From Octopus bimaculoides (Eukaryota): a stretch of 56,762 bases of DNA. Shown piece by piece: positions 38,835 to 52,471 of this stretch. Made by a program: the position numbers and the translations under genes. Position 1 is the stretch's first letter. Each line of letters starts with the position of its first letter. The notes under the pieces are model-generated. The model saw only the letters and a list, made by a program, of their open reading frames with translations, was not told where the DNA came from and made no database searches. The stretch lies in contig NC_068983.1 in assembly GCF_001194135.2 (NCBI RefSeq), forward strand, positions 153,129,426 through 153,186,187, read 5' to 3'.

Positions 38835-39171
38835 AATAGCTGTGGATGTTACTGTTACTTTTGACTGTCACCCATCTCCTGCGTTTAATTCATTATTTGT
38901 TCCTCTCTCTCTCGCCACCTTCCCTTCACCTTTCTATCTGTCTAACTCTCCCTCTCTTCTCCCTGCCTCCCCTATCCCTCCTATATTGAGTCAAGGACAG
39001 GAAGTGGATACAAAATAATAGTGAAAGACAATAAAATCAACACTGGAAAACTTTCCTTTTCGGTGATATATGATTAAGCAGTTGAAAATATGAAAATTGC
39101 AAAACAGAATGTTACCCCTCTCTCCCTCTCCCTTTCTCCCCTCTTTATTTCTCTCTCTCTCTCTCTCTATT

Positions 39172-39204
<33 letters not shown>

Positions 39205-39205
39205 T

Positions 39206-39236
<31 letters not shown>

Positions 39237-39370
39237 CTATCTATCTATTTATCTCAATATCTATCTACTTATCCATCTATCTATCTCACAGTTATTCTCT
39301 CTGTCTACCTCTCTCTCTCTCCCTCTCTTTCTCTCTCAGACACTCTCTCCTACCGTCTGTCTGTGTGTCG
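38630..39370. repeat. Low-complexity (CTAT)n/(CTGT)n/(CT)n region
   Basis: Direct reading; includes a short gap and some unique sequence at 38830-39110. Confidence 0.85.
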
Positions 39371-39394
39371 CTCAGTAAATATAGATTTTATACT

Positions 39395-40505
39395 CCACTG
39401 ACTTGGTAGAAAGAGCTGGGTCTTGTGCAACAATGATCAGGCTTTCGGTGGTACGCTTCAAATCACCTCGCTCAAGCCGTACCCACGATGCCGTATTGTT
39501 CTTAACGTCCTGTGAATTCTTTGAAACTGTCCATCCACTCTCATTTCAAGATCTTCTTTTCTCTTCTCCTCAGAATTTTGGTTAAACTCCGCCTTACCCA
39601 TCATTCCATCTGCATTTACATCCATATCTTTCGGGGCATATTGCAGCAAGTCTTCATCACTATTTATCAAATATTCGGCAAGCGTTCTCCTTTCACTCCT
39701 TATACAATGATCTATACTAAGTAGTCCTCTGCCACCGTTATTTCTTTTCATTTACAGTCTGTTTACGTTTGCTTTAGAGTGTAGTGCTCTATGCAGCGTC
39801 AACTTTCCCGTCTTTATATCCAGTGTTGATATTTCTTCCTTACTGCATTTGAGGATGGACGCACTATATCTAATCACCCCAATCTTTCATGCTATGCATG
39901 AGAAAATTTGTGATATTGTCGGCAACACCAGCAACATCTGCAGGCATTCAATGATCCAAAAATGAGGCATAATATCATATGCCTTCTTAAAGCCAATCCA
40001 AGCCATAGCCATGTTTGTATGATGTTTTCCACATGCCTCAAATCGGTTTTATAGATGACCAGATGATCTTTGCTACCTGAGAACTCTTCTTACTTCCTTT
40101 TTGTTCTCTTGGTAGTATGTCTTTCTCTGCCAGATTATCTTAAAGCTTATATTTAGGCATGCTATCGGACGGTAATTTCCCACAATATTCCCCTTTCTTC
40201 TTTCTTTCATTGTAAGTGTTGTCCACCCAGGCACCATCCACGCGAGGATTGTACCTTTCTGGACACACGCAGTCAATTGGGCTGCTAGTCTTTCATGCAC
40301 AACCTTGCATCTTTTCAGCCAAAAGCCATGAATGCCATTTGGTCCGGGGGCTTTCCTGTTGGAGTATTTACTAACTTGATCTTTCTCGTGAACCGTGCTT
40401 ATGACAATATTCCTTTCTTTCTTTCCACCTTGTAATTCTGTCACGATAGTTTCTATCCATATTGTATCCCTTTTATGCACCACCTTGCTTCCTCATAATC
40501 CCCTC
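39395..40505 (-). mobile_element. R4/Dong-clade non-LTR retrotransposon, internally deleted, copy 2
   Basis: KAPGPNGIHGFWLK, KGNIVGNYRPIACL and MAWIGFKKAYD..P..WIIECL are joined near 39.9 kb to post-RT GVIRYSASIL..LDIKT.KL..H.ALHSKANVNRL.MKR..GGRGLLSI and TESLIIVAQD. Confidence 0.85.
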
Positions 40506-40509
40506 CAGA

Positions 40510-40600
<91 letters not shown>
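40510..40600. repeat. (CTA)n(TTA)n trinucleotide tract
   Basis: Direct reading. Confidence 0.95.
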
Positions 40601-40603
<3 letters not shown>

Positions 40604-40657
40604 GTANNNNNNNNNNTATATAGATGTATATATATATGTGTGTGGTTCGTGTGTTTT

Positions 40658-40693
<36 letters not shown>

Positions 40694-41519
40694 TGGATAG
40701 ATAGATAGATAGATAGATTTGAAGTGATGTACAGATATTGCATTTTGAGAATAACAAGGTAGACAAATAAACACACGAACTAAATGAAATATTAAAACAT
40801 GGCCATCCTGAAATATAATAATATCTGTTTCAACACATGATTTCACAACAGGAATCTTGCAAAACAATTTCATAAACGTATATACATATGACAGTAAACG
40901 AGGGTCCTGCATAATAGAGGAACATTTAAAACGGTTGTATAGTATACTTCCATCACATTATAAAGTTAAAAGTGTATTTGCAAACGTATCGCCTTGTCAT
41001 TGTCTCTTTTATTGTCCACAGTGAGACTATATAAACATAAGGGACGTTACACATAGATTCGACGTCTAGTAACTGCAGTGAGATATAAAATCACAGTTAC
41101 GACTTAAATAGTTGGGAAGACAGCAAAGATTTAGCATGGCTATATTTATATACGTATTTATGGTGGTATGTATGTATGTATGTATATGTATGTGTGTGTA
41201 TATGTATGTTTACTATATATGTGTACTTATATATGCACGTAAGGATTTGATACCAAGTGGTGATGTACCTGAATTAGAGATACCTTTAGATCAAGATGGA
41301 CTGCACACAATTTCACTGACCTTTGTTTCTGAACATATATTGTGTGTGTGTGTATGTGTGTGTGTATGTGTGTGTGTGTGTGTGTGTGTGTTTGTGTGTG
41401 TGTGCTTGTATGTGTGATATTACAACTAATTGTAATGGTAATGACCATCGATAATCCCCAGGGTCTTGATCCCATGTGCCCTAATATCATATTAGGGAAC
41501 ACTCGTTATGACAACCATG

Positions 41520-41785
41520 CCATGACCAATAAATGGTACAATTATTCAGATAAAAATGTATGTCCGCTATCTGGTCAATGTTTGGCCGAAAATATAGTTT
41601 ACAGGTGTAATGTAGTGACGGAGAGGAATACTTTTGATTATATACGATGCTCTGTATATCTGACGCAGTGCTTACGCAACCGTTTATCATCCTTCAAATT
41701 AAGGCATAAGGCAATCAGGTCTTCTCTAGCCTCGACGATTTGGGAACTCAAAGATGACAACCCTAGATTCGATTTGCAATGATCC
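41520..41785 (+). mobile_element. Penelope-like element GIY-YIG endonuclease fragment
   Basis: DKNVCPLSGQCLAENIVYRCNV..FDYI..RNRLSSFKLRHK..SLASTIWELKD matches the CPL.G.CL...VVY...YIG...H..SF...LS..IW.LK pattern of PLE endonucleases. Confidence 0.8.
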
Positions 41786-43368
41786 GCATAATCTTCTGAG
41801 TAGTTTTATTTTCCCCCTTTCCAACACTTCCTATCCCTAATTACAATATAAACCTTCATAACATTATTTACATAGTATGTGATAACGAAAGAAGTAATCG
41901 TCCATCTAGCTTTATATAGCATTACATAGTTGCGTTATACGATCGTATCTAACCAATAAAATGGCAGCCTACATACACTGGCGAGGTTTTCCAATTCCGC
42001 TAAGTAATTTTTATACCAAGTTACTTTTAGTTGTGCTGCACACGATAATGAAGGAACATATCTACTGATATTCTTATCTACGAGTCTAGGTTTTGGGCTA
42101 CGCTATCTGATTCAGCATATATAACGAATTATACAATCTAATTATATAATCTAACGACACTTATAAACAAACTAAAGATCTAATTAATAGATAACCGCTA
42201 CCTGCTTACTTACTAAGATATACGATCTGGTATATCCTTTTTGCTCTGTATTAGGCAATACTGTATTAGGTAATTCTCTTATTCTTCGAACTCCATAATT
42301 GAAATATTACTACCAGTTACTTCTCTACACATTGTTTATTAGTGTAATAATTCCATTCCAGGTACACATGTTCTCTCAATACAAGTGGATTTTTTTCTAT
42401 TGCATATAATGAATTGTTCTATATTAACTTCCTACCCCTATTTTTGGTTATCAGATATATTATCGCACAAAACACTACCATTCTACAATTATTAGAACTA
42501 ATCATTCGAGTTTCTATGCAAGCCTCTCCCATCGTTAACCATTATTCCCTGTATAACCACAAATTCTGAAGATATCTCTACCACCTTTGAAATTTAATCT
42601 TTATCGAGGGCATGTACACTCCGGCACAATACTTGATTGACATTATTTATTTTTCACTATTTTACTTTGTCTTCGGTTCATTTCCTGCTGTCCACATTTC
42701 TAATCTTAGTGTAATAAAACGAATAACATCAAAATACATATAATTGGCTACACGTCTTGTCCAGTTTCAGATAATAACTAGGCTAGCTGATTGCAATTTA
42801 CATCTTCTAATCCAGACAGTGACCATAAATATCATATTACCCCTATTCATTAACTACAATCTTAACGTAACTCTAGCCTGTAATGAGCATAACAGCCATT
42901 TTTTTTCTCCCATTTCAGGGTCAGCCACGGCTGACTTCAGCCATGTTCACACTGTGTTCTTGGGATATTCTTTTATTTTCAAACTACATGCTTCATTTGA
43001 TGATTATGGTTTATGCAATGATATAATGTAGACATTCGTCTATTAAAATAGCGTACGAAACAGCTGTAATGAACTGATATTTGTCCATCATCTGCTATAA
43101 TATATTTGCTTATACACACTGACACACATACACACACACACACATGCACACGCACACACACACACATGCACACGCACACACACACGCACAATCACACGCG
43201 TATATATACACATATATATGTTTGTCTGTGTAAATGTGTATATAGCGTATACATATACTTATATATGCATAATGATATACACATACATACATACATACAT
43301 ACATACATACATGCATATGTCTAACATGGTGAAATGCAGAGAGAGAGAGAGAGAGAGAGAAAAGAGAG

Positions 43369-43418
<50 letters not shown>

Positions 43419-44034
43419 CAGACAGACAGATCCGTTTTAGAAAATTGGCAAAGATCATTTGAAAATGCTTTCATAGGTCCTGCTTGAAATTCCTAACGAA
43501 AGGAAATTACATTTTTTCAAAGAACACAACGAAGCGTCTGCAAGGAATTTGAAACCAATATGAATAAATAATTCCAATCCATGCTAAATGTTTCGGTGGA
43601 TACCAGATTAATTTCTATGTGTGTCTGTGCGTGTCAGTGTGTAGATATACAAGTATAAATAAATAAATAAATATATATATATTTGTATATGAATATGCAT
43701 ATGTATGTGTGTGCGCTCGCATGCTTTTGTGTGTGTGAATGTATATAAATATTTATATGAGTGTGTTTGTGCGTGTTAGCTTGGACAAAGTACACTGAAG
43801 CTGATGCGATAAGAACCATTGAACCTTATAGTCGGTAGTGCCTAGTAATCTAATATAAATAGCAATTATCGGTATTCGATCGATCAATAAATCGATGTCG
43901 ATAAATGACGCAGAATCATGATTGAGTATAGGGAAAGAAAATGACACCAGACGGTAAAAATTTGTGTCAATAATTACATGTATGCTTCTCGTTTCAAACA
44001 TTTTGGTAGTTGTAGTCGTCTGCATCATGATCAG

Positions 44035-44150
44035 GATCGTCGTCATCATCATCATCATCATCACCATCATCACCATCATCATCATCATCATCATCATCAT
44101 CCGCATCTTCGTCGTCAGCGTCATTGTCATCATCATCATCGTCGTCGTCG
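44035..44150. repeat. (CAT)n/(CGT)n trinucleotide tract
   Basis: Direct reading; source of the poly-H/poly-D/poly-M ORFs. Confidence 0.95.
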
Positions 44151-44904
44151 TCTTGCTCAGAGCTTTGCTTTTCACCTTTATGCAAGAAGGTGCTGCTGAC
44201 ATAGTTCATGGTGCATCATAACAGCGGTGGTGATGATGACGCAAATAATAAGGAAGAACGTAAGCGGGAAGTGATGTAGAAACAATGGATTCGTTGATGG
44301 TAACTTTTATAACATACTATCGAAGCCGATGTCAACAATGTTCGTCATCACCACCTCATTATGAATATCTGTCACAATCAGCTCAATTCTTTCCGTTTGT
44401 TTTTCCTTCTAATTTTCTCTTCCAAAGTCTTTCTTTACCAGCATTATCATAGTATTAATATGAGCAGAAATATCATCACATAGTTCATCATCATAATCAT
44501 ACTCATTATGATCTATGCGAACAACACTACCCCCAATTCTACCACCACCTTTAAATGATCATCAACATTATCAACAGTATCCTTATTAACGTCACCATCA
44601 TCGTCATCATCACTGTCGTTGTCATAATTTGGATCTCAACTTGTCATTATAGTGACAAAGTATTAAAGTTCGCTACTCAATCTTGTTTACATATCGATAA
44701 TGAAGATGATAGCAATATGAATGAGAATTTTGTAGATGGTGATGAGAAAGGCAACCTTCCTATGCGCCCTGATGGCCATTTTTAATGCTTTATACTAATA
44801 TTGTACATAAGAATCATATTCACCGTTACAATAAGCAGAATGCAGATATAAATATTTTGTAAAGGTAAATTTGGTGCACGTGATATTTATTACACCATTT
44901 TTTA

Positions 44905-45065
44905 AGGCGCAAGCTGGCAGAATCCTTAGCACGCAAGGCAAGAAGCTTTGCGGCATTTCCTCCGTCTTCATTTTGTGAGTTCACTTTCCACCGAGGCCGA
45001 CTTTGCCATTCATTCTTCCTGGGTCGATAAAATAAGTATCAGCTGAGCACTGGTTTAGATTTGCA
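44905..45065 (+). mobile_element. SINE, family C
   Basis: aggcgcaagctggcagaatccttagcacg head followed by ccgaggccgactttgccattcattctt..gggtcgataaaataagtatcag; second copy at 7745-7850. Confidence 0.7.
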
Positions 45066-45187
45066 TTCGGTACTAATATTGGTTCTGGCGCTAATATTAT
45101 TTTAAAAAACATATATGTGCGTGCTTTATAGATATATGTGTGTGTATGTGTGCGCGCGCGCGTAAATCTGTATTTGTGTGTGTTTGT

Positions 45188-45229
<42 letters not shown>

Positions 45230-45289
45230 GCGAGTGTGAGTGTATGAATTCAAAATTAAGGGAAACTTCTACCAAACCATCCAACGTCT

Positions 45290-45825
45290 ATTACGTGAAT
45301 AGAAGCTAAGTAAACGTTCCAAGGAGAATTTCTCTAAAACCTGTGTGATGAAGATGCTCCACTTTAATGAGGGGACCAACGTCACCATCTATAAGGCCAT
45401 CTTCAGGAAAGGCCTCGATATCCTACTGGCCATTCAGCACCGTCCCTTTGTAAACACTTGTCAGCGAGGTAGTCAAACGCAGAGAGGCAGCCTTGCTGAC
45501 TGACAAATTGCCCTATTCATATTTGGAATATGTGTCTGCGTAAATGGGTGTTATACTAGATACGGTGCTCTAAATACTGCAGCTATTACATCTGTAACAC
45601 ATTCTGACCCCTCCATGTCCAACCGAAGTATCACCAGACTACCAACGCGTCTTTCGTCCGCAAACATTTAACCAAATGCAGCAACGCCACCAAAGAAGTA
45701 AATGTCTCCATGCTGGTCTCACACAAAAACATAAGAAACCTCCGCCACAAAGAACTTCTGCTGATCCACCGACTTAACCGGAAAATTAACAGTGGATCGG
45801 GGTTTGGCCGGTGGATCCCGTGAAT
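45290..45825 (+). mobile_element. Penelope-like element linker + GIY-YIG endonuclease fragment
   Basis: ..LHFNEGT..IYKAIFRKGLDI.., C.LTNCPI..NMCLRKWVLY.IRC..C..YIC.T..PLH..K.H.TT.ASFVRKHL..C..RNLRHKELL.I..INS. Confidence 0.7.
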
Positions 45826-46064
45826 ATGCTACCAAACTATCGCTATGTCTTAGTGACGACGACCGAATCCTCAACACTACGACGGTGACTAGCGCAGTAT
45901 CCTACCAGCACCATATTCATCGCTACCACACTCTCCACCACCACTCTGCCTGCCGCGAGGAGACATGTATATTACTGTCATCCACAACATCACTTATGAA
46001 TGCTACAACAGCATACGTCACTAGTGCCATCACCCACTAGTAAAGAAGGCAGAGTTAAAGTTAC

Positions 46065-46306
46065 GTTTTCGGGTCATGCCCAGTCATGAGGACCGGATTA
46101 CTGGTTTCATTGAGTGTGAATTCCCCACATGATCGGGATGCCGGTTCGCCGCATGGTCGCTTATTTTTGCTAGCTGAATGTACTGGAGCAACGTGAAATA
46201 AAGTGTTTTGCTCAAGAACGCAATACGTCACCCGGCTCAGGAATCGAAATTGCAATCTTATAATCATGTGTCCAGCACCCTAACCACTAAACCACGTGCC
46301 TCCACT
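46065..46306 (-). mobile_element. tRNA-derived SINE, family B
   Basis: Close match to 29555-29816 (tactggagcaacgtgaaat.aagtgttttgctcaagaac..ggaatcgaaa..taaccactaaaccacg..tccact). Confidence 0.85.
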
Positions 46307-46820
46307 CATTACTCACTACTACCAAGATATTTACCACGACTTCATCTACGCACATGTAGACAACTCCATCACTGACTCTCATTACTAGCAAACACCATTA
46401 CTGATTGATATTTCTACCAAACACTATCACCGACTGCTACCACTACCACAGCATTCACCACAATATACGGCCACCTTCGTTACCACCACTGAAACCAAGC
46501 TACAGGCAGTCTTCAGCAACAGCTCCCTCCACAATGAGGCTTCTGTGTCACTAACTAAAACAATTGTCATGCTAATGCTGTAACGCAAATACCGGACTAT
46601 CCGAAGTAGCAGAATCTATGTAAATGTTTTTTTTTTGACAGAATTCTTCTGCATTTAGGACTTCGCGCCCGAAATATAAAGGATTTCAAACTTTTCTGCA
46701 TTGTTAGAAGCTTTTCTGATATCTCACTCCTTTCATATTAATTGTTCTACTGCTGTCGTACAATGCTTCAGGGGAACGACAACGTTCATATGCATGTATA
46801 TGCATATGTATATACCTGTT

Positions 46821-46866
<46 letters not shown>

Positions 46867-47029
46867 GACACACACACTGACACACACATACACAAACCCA
46901 GGAAAAATAGAAGTAGAAAATGCATCGAGAATAGTTAATTTGTTTTTTGTTATTATATTTAAAGATTTAACCCTTTTCATAGTTTACACAGATTTTCAAA
47001 ATGTTGAAATAGAAAGACGCGCCTTATGT

Positions 47030-47900
47030 CGCAACAGTCTTGCTTCCGAGGAGTATTTGAAGCGTGCCTTATTTCTATAGCGTGTACACGCAAACGTTTA
47101 GATATATTACTGAAATCTTTTTTGAAATACATACTAAGTCTTGTAAGTGACGGCCTGGAACTTTTAAACCACCCCACAAAATCCATAAACAATGATACAA
47201 TTATTGTATCTTTTGATGTTGTAAACATCTATACCACAATATAACACCAATATGGACTAGTGGTAATAAATTTCTTGTTTAAGAATTTCCCCCATGAAAT
47301 TCTAGACAGAGTTGAAATAATTTTTCATCACTGAATCATTAAAGTTTATCCTCGAAAACAACTCTTTGTCTTCCATGTCAATATTTGCGAACAAATATAT
47401 GGGGCTGTGATGGTGACAAATGTTCCTCCGACTTACATCAATCTAGTCCAGGGGTTTTCAAACTGTGGTCCGCGGACCACAGGGCATCCGCAAAGCCAAG
47501 ACAGGGGGTCCGTGGACAGCAAATACTTTTTATGGGCAATTTGATTTTATATATGTTTTTTAATCGAAATCTTTTAATTGACAATAAACCTATTTGTTAA
47601 ATACTGTTAAATAAATGACTGTAAAAATATGTTATTTTAAGCAAATATTTATGTATAAATTACATAACCGTTTATAAGGGGGTCCCTAAGGTAAAGCCTG
47701 AAATATAAAGGAGGCCGCAAGTCAAAAAGTTTGAAAACCCCTGATCTAGTCATAGCATATTTAGAAGTCCAGATATATGAAAAATGTAAATCAAAATATG
47801 GCTTGAACTTCCACACATATCTTCTAGAAAACTGGAAAAGTTGCCTAGATGACTGCCCAATCCTATGGACGCACAAATTTAGACAGCTTATACATTTCAA
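47030..47900 (+). mobile_element. Penelope-like element RT fragment, interrupted by a MITE
   Basis: LDILLKSFLKYI, IVSFDVVNIYTTI, LKFILENN and YGAVM..VPPTYINLV|IAYLE..ENWKSCLDDCPILW; the frame is restored when 47449-47743 and one TSD are removed. Confidence 0.88.
47449..47743. mobile_element. hAT (Charlie/Buster-like) MITE, 295 bp
   Basis: Perfect 16-bp TIRs caggggttttcaaact (47449-47464) / agtttgaaaacccctg (47728-47743) and perfect 8-bp TSD atctagtc (47441-47448, 47744-47751). Confidence 0.95.
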
Positions 47901-48274
47901 AAACCTAAAGATGTACACTCAGCCGTGTCGGCCTTCATTTTAGGCGCAAAATATAATGTCACGTGACACTAATGCACGGAGGTAGCGGGAAACGTACAAA
48001 AGGTTCTAAATTTACTCGTGTGTTCATTCTCTATAGATACTCGACAGAAAACATTTAACTATTCTCAATGCATTTTCAATTTCTATTTTCCTTATATTTC
48101 TACTCGTGTGGAATAAAATAAGTTTGTTTTGTACACACACACCGACACAGACACACACACACATGAAAGAAGTAAATAGACAACCTTATAATCATTAAAA
48201 TTTATTTAAATCTGAAGTTATTTATTCAAATTATTTATTAATTGTTATAATGTAGATATTTAATATATAGTAGA

Positions 48275-49205
48275 CATCACTTTGCATTTTTCAATGCAAA
48301 GACCCTATTAGGGATGTTAAGGATCAGATGACGAATTTTCTCTTGCGGAATTTCTTGCGAAGTTTCATGGAGTAATCTAAAAAGATCTGGCTTTGAAGAT
48401 GCTCTCTTGCTTGCTTTATGAAGTGTCCTGTCCATTATGTCCCAGAGGTATTCAATAGGGTTCATACCTGGTGACTGGCTTAGCCATGGAAACCTTTTAA
48501 TGCCATTCTCTTCCAACCAAACTTTTTAGCCATGTGACAAAAAGCCCCATCTTCCATAAATAAAGAGTCTTCTTTAAACATTTCACGACTGAAGAACATT
48601 GGAAGGAGTCTTCTCTGGAATATGGACGCATTTTTATTTGAGTTTACGTTTCCCTCACACTCCACCAGCTCTGATCTATCATTGATTCAAATTGCTCCCC
48701 AAACTATCACAGAACAGCTGCCTTGTTTCCTTGTGGGCTGCAATTTTTTACATCAAATTGTAGGTCACAGAGTCTCAAGATCCACACGTGACCACTGTCC
48801 GGAAATATAGCAAATATGAACTCATCAGAGAATATGACAGTGTCCCAAAATGCTAGTGGCCTCTCCACCAGCTCCCGGGCCAATAATCTCTCCGCTTGAT
48901 GTTGGCTGGTCGAAAAAGTGGCTTACTTCTTGCTTTTCTGTCGTAGTAGCCAAATTTGTGGAGATACCTAACAGCTATTCTGGGACTGACATCAACTTGT
49001 TCTTCTATGATCTGACTCAGGTGATATGAACTTCTTCCACTCTCTCTCTCTCTCTCTCTGGTGAATTAAGCAGTTACCCTACTAACTGTAGAAAGCGGGA
49101 TCCCAAGGTTTTTCTGCGACTTTATGCTTACTATGTCTACATTCAGAATAACCCACAATATGGCCTCTTTGAAATTCAGACAGTTCCAAGGCTTCTCTTG
49201 TACAT
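48275..49205 (-). mobile_element. Tc1-family transposase pseudogene (DD34E type)
   Basis: N-terminal HTH ELSEFQRGHIVGY..LGIPLSTVSRV, ARSKP, WDTVIFSDE, VIVWGAI, FMEDGAFCH, WLSQSPGMNPIEYLWD; stops, frameshifts and a (GA)n-marked internal loss near 49040. Confidence 0.92.
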
Positions 49206-49235
49206 GACATGATTAAATAGTAGCTGAAATATATA

Positions 49236-49266
<31 letters not shown>

Positions 49267-49307
49267 ATGTATGTATAATGCATGTATGTTAATGCATACA
49301 TGCATGC

Positions 49308-49347
<40 letters not shown>

Positions 49348-52300
49348 NNNNNNNNNNNNNNNNNNNNNNNNNNNNNNNNNNNNNNNNNNNNNNNNNNNNN
49401 NNNNNNNNNNNNNNNNNNNNNNNNNNNNNNNNNNNNNNNNNNNNNNNNNNNNNNNNNNNNNNNNNNNNNNNNNNNNNNNNNNNNNNNNNNNNNNNNNNNN
49501 NNNNNNNNNNNNNNNNNNNGGGGGGGGTATAAGTAAAAACAAGCAAAAACAAAACACACTTGCAGGAGAGACTGGACGGTTACTCTTTCATAGCAAGCAT
49601 TTTGGAGATTATTATATGCATAAGCACATAGCTAAAGATGCAGCTACGAAGCACAAACTTTGTGGTGGCATATTTTGATTCATTTGGCAACAAACAGGGG
49701 ATGTAAATTATCAGTTTGTTGTACTTAAATCGCATATTATGCAGCTCTCTTCGGTGGGAATTTTATGATAATAAGCCTCCTCGTGGTTCGGACTGTATAC
49801 ATGTTATTCAGATTGTGCGCTTACACATTGTAATGAAATGACTTGCATTGTATTCTGCTAGTAGTCTAATGCTGGACACATACATAATACGTACATACAT
49901 ACAAACTTGTGTATGTATGTGAGAGACTGCGTGTGTGTGTGTTAATGTGTGTGCCTAAATATATATACAGCTGTCCGTGTGTGTGCGCATACGTGTTTTA
50001 GTATGTATATATATATATATACATACACATTTCATGATTAGACTGTAAAGCGAACGGGAGTTATGTCATTTACGGATAACCAAACTTCGGCAGCTAATTA
50101 GAGCCCAATGAATCACGCGCAGCTGATAAATGTCTTACCTCTTTAAGGCAAAAATTGAACTCACATCGCATAGAAGCAAAAATCAATGCTTCAAAGAATT
50201 GTCGATATACATCTACCGTTTAGCCTTCTAATGCCCTCCCCACCTACTCTTCTCGAGAAAATAATACGTGAGGTTATAAACAACATGCAACTGTCAATCA
50301 TTAAACCGAAGTTACCTCTTTTACCACGCCCTTATAAACTGTTGTGAAAGATTAAAAGCCAAACTCCGGACAAACTGGAGATATAAATCTTATATCTAGT
50401 TTCATGTTGTCAAAATATCAAGACTTGTTATTTGCAAAATATTCAATACTGATAATGACATTAGATTGCAACGTTGTAGCCATTTTCCTATCACCTTTGA
50501 AACTTGTCCTTTAATGAATACTTTAGTGTTGAGTCATATATCATAGGATTTCAATATTCTGAACTGGGATTGATTCCGCTTCAGAGCAGAATTCAATTGT
50601 GAAAGAAAAAGCATGAAAAAAAAAATGAAACACACACATATNNNNNNNNNNNNNNNNNNNNNNNNNNNNNNNNNNNNNNNNNNNNNNNNNNNNNNNNNNN
50701 NNNNNNNNNNNNNNNNNNNNNNNNNNNNNNNNNNNNNNNNNNNNNNNNNNNNNNNNNNNNNNNNNNNNNNNNNNNNNNNNNNNNNNNNNNNNNNNNNNNN
50801 NNNNNNNNNNNNNNNNNNNNNNNNNNNNNNNNNNNNNNNNNNNNNNNNNNNNNNNNNNNNNNNNNNNNNNNNNNNNNNNNNNNNNNNNNNNNNNNNNNNN
50901 NNNNNNNNNNNNNNNNNNNNNNNNNNNNNNNNNNNNNNNNNNNNNNNNNNNNNNNNNNNNNNNNNNNNNNNNNNNNNNNNNNNNNNNNNNNNNNNNNNNN
51001 NNNNNNNNNNNNNNNNNNNNNNNNNNNNNNNNNNNNNNNNNNNNNNNNNNNNNNNNNNNNNNNNNNNNNNNNNNNNNNNNNNNNNNNNNNNNNNNNNNNN
51101 NNNNNNNNNNNNNNNNNNNNNNNNNNNNNNNAAAAACTAACAAAGACTTAAACAGAAATATTGAATTCGTGACGCTTTCGATAATTTTTTTTTTTTTCAG
51201 TTTATTTCTTTTCTTTTATTTATACTTTTCTATTGACCTACCTACTTACCCTCCTGCCTATCAAACTGGCTGCCAGTTTCATCTTTCATCTCTCTTTACC
51301 AGCCACAAGCCATTTAGAGGACATTAGTATTTTCCTAGTAAATTGAAGAATTATGTAGATGTTATTCAAGATCTATAATATCTTGGCTTTTTAAAGAAAA
51401 GCCTGTTCACCTTTTGCTTCAATGCTGTGTCCTTTGAACAGACGTAGTAAAATTCAATCGCTCCTACTTCAAATAGAACTATCGTTCCTTTTGTTGTGTC
51501 CCTAGAGGATATAACTAGAGTTTAGCTTGGCTGTTACAGTAGTAGCTGTAGCTGTTTAATCTAAAAACGCCATATCCGCCATTTAGTAACAATTTTTTTT
51601 CTTCTATTTTGTATTTCTTTTATGTCTAGTTATATAGTCGATACTCTAGCAAACGCCGTGGAACGAGAGATAAGCTACTGATCTACAGTTTCGTGATGCA
51701 GTTTCGATTTTTCATTGTTAATGTCTTTAACAAGTTCATGATTGCCACAACTTCACCTATTATCTCTTTTTAAGTATAGCGCCTTTGTTCTTAGTCAAAC
51801 ACACAACAGTAGTTAATCAATACAGAAGGAAATACTGCAATAATATGTATTAAATCTTAGTGAAGACTTCGATTTTAATCACCGTTTTAAACATCATTGG
51901 AAACATATGTACCTAGTGATATAACAATATTATATGTTCAATAAATATGCATCCATTCTTAGTAATATATATTTCTACATGCTCTCTAACTAACGACATG
52001 AATTTTTCTTAAAAATATAGATTGAATAAACGATAGATTGAAAACTTGAATATATTTCAATTACTTATACAATGCTTCGATTTTATAAACCCAACATTAT
52101 GATTTATTGTTTTACGCATGTGCATGCGTACAATTGCACCCACACGAACTCACATACCTATGTACATGTAAATATATATATANNNNNNNNNNNNNNNNNN
52201 NNNNNNNNNNNNNNNNNNNNNNNNNNNNNNNNNNNNNNNNNNNNNNNNNNNNNNNNNNNNNNNNNNNNNNNNNNNNNNNNNNNNNNNNNNNNNNNNNNNN

Positions 52301-52471
52301 NNNNNNNNNNNNNNNNNNNNNNNNNNNNNNNNNNNNNNNNNNNNNNNNNNNNNNNNNNNNNNNNNNNNNNNNNNNNNNNNNNNNNNNNNNNNNNNNNNNN
52401 NNNNNNNNNNNNNNNNNNNNNNNNNNNNNNNNNNNNNNNNNNNNNNNNNNNNNNNNNNNNNNNNNNNNATA

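Noticed and set aside
43753-44221. Poly-His, poly-Asp and poly-Met ORFs
   Set aside because: Translations of a (CAT)n microsatellite with no splice or homology support.
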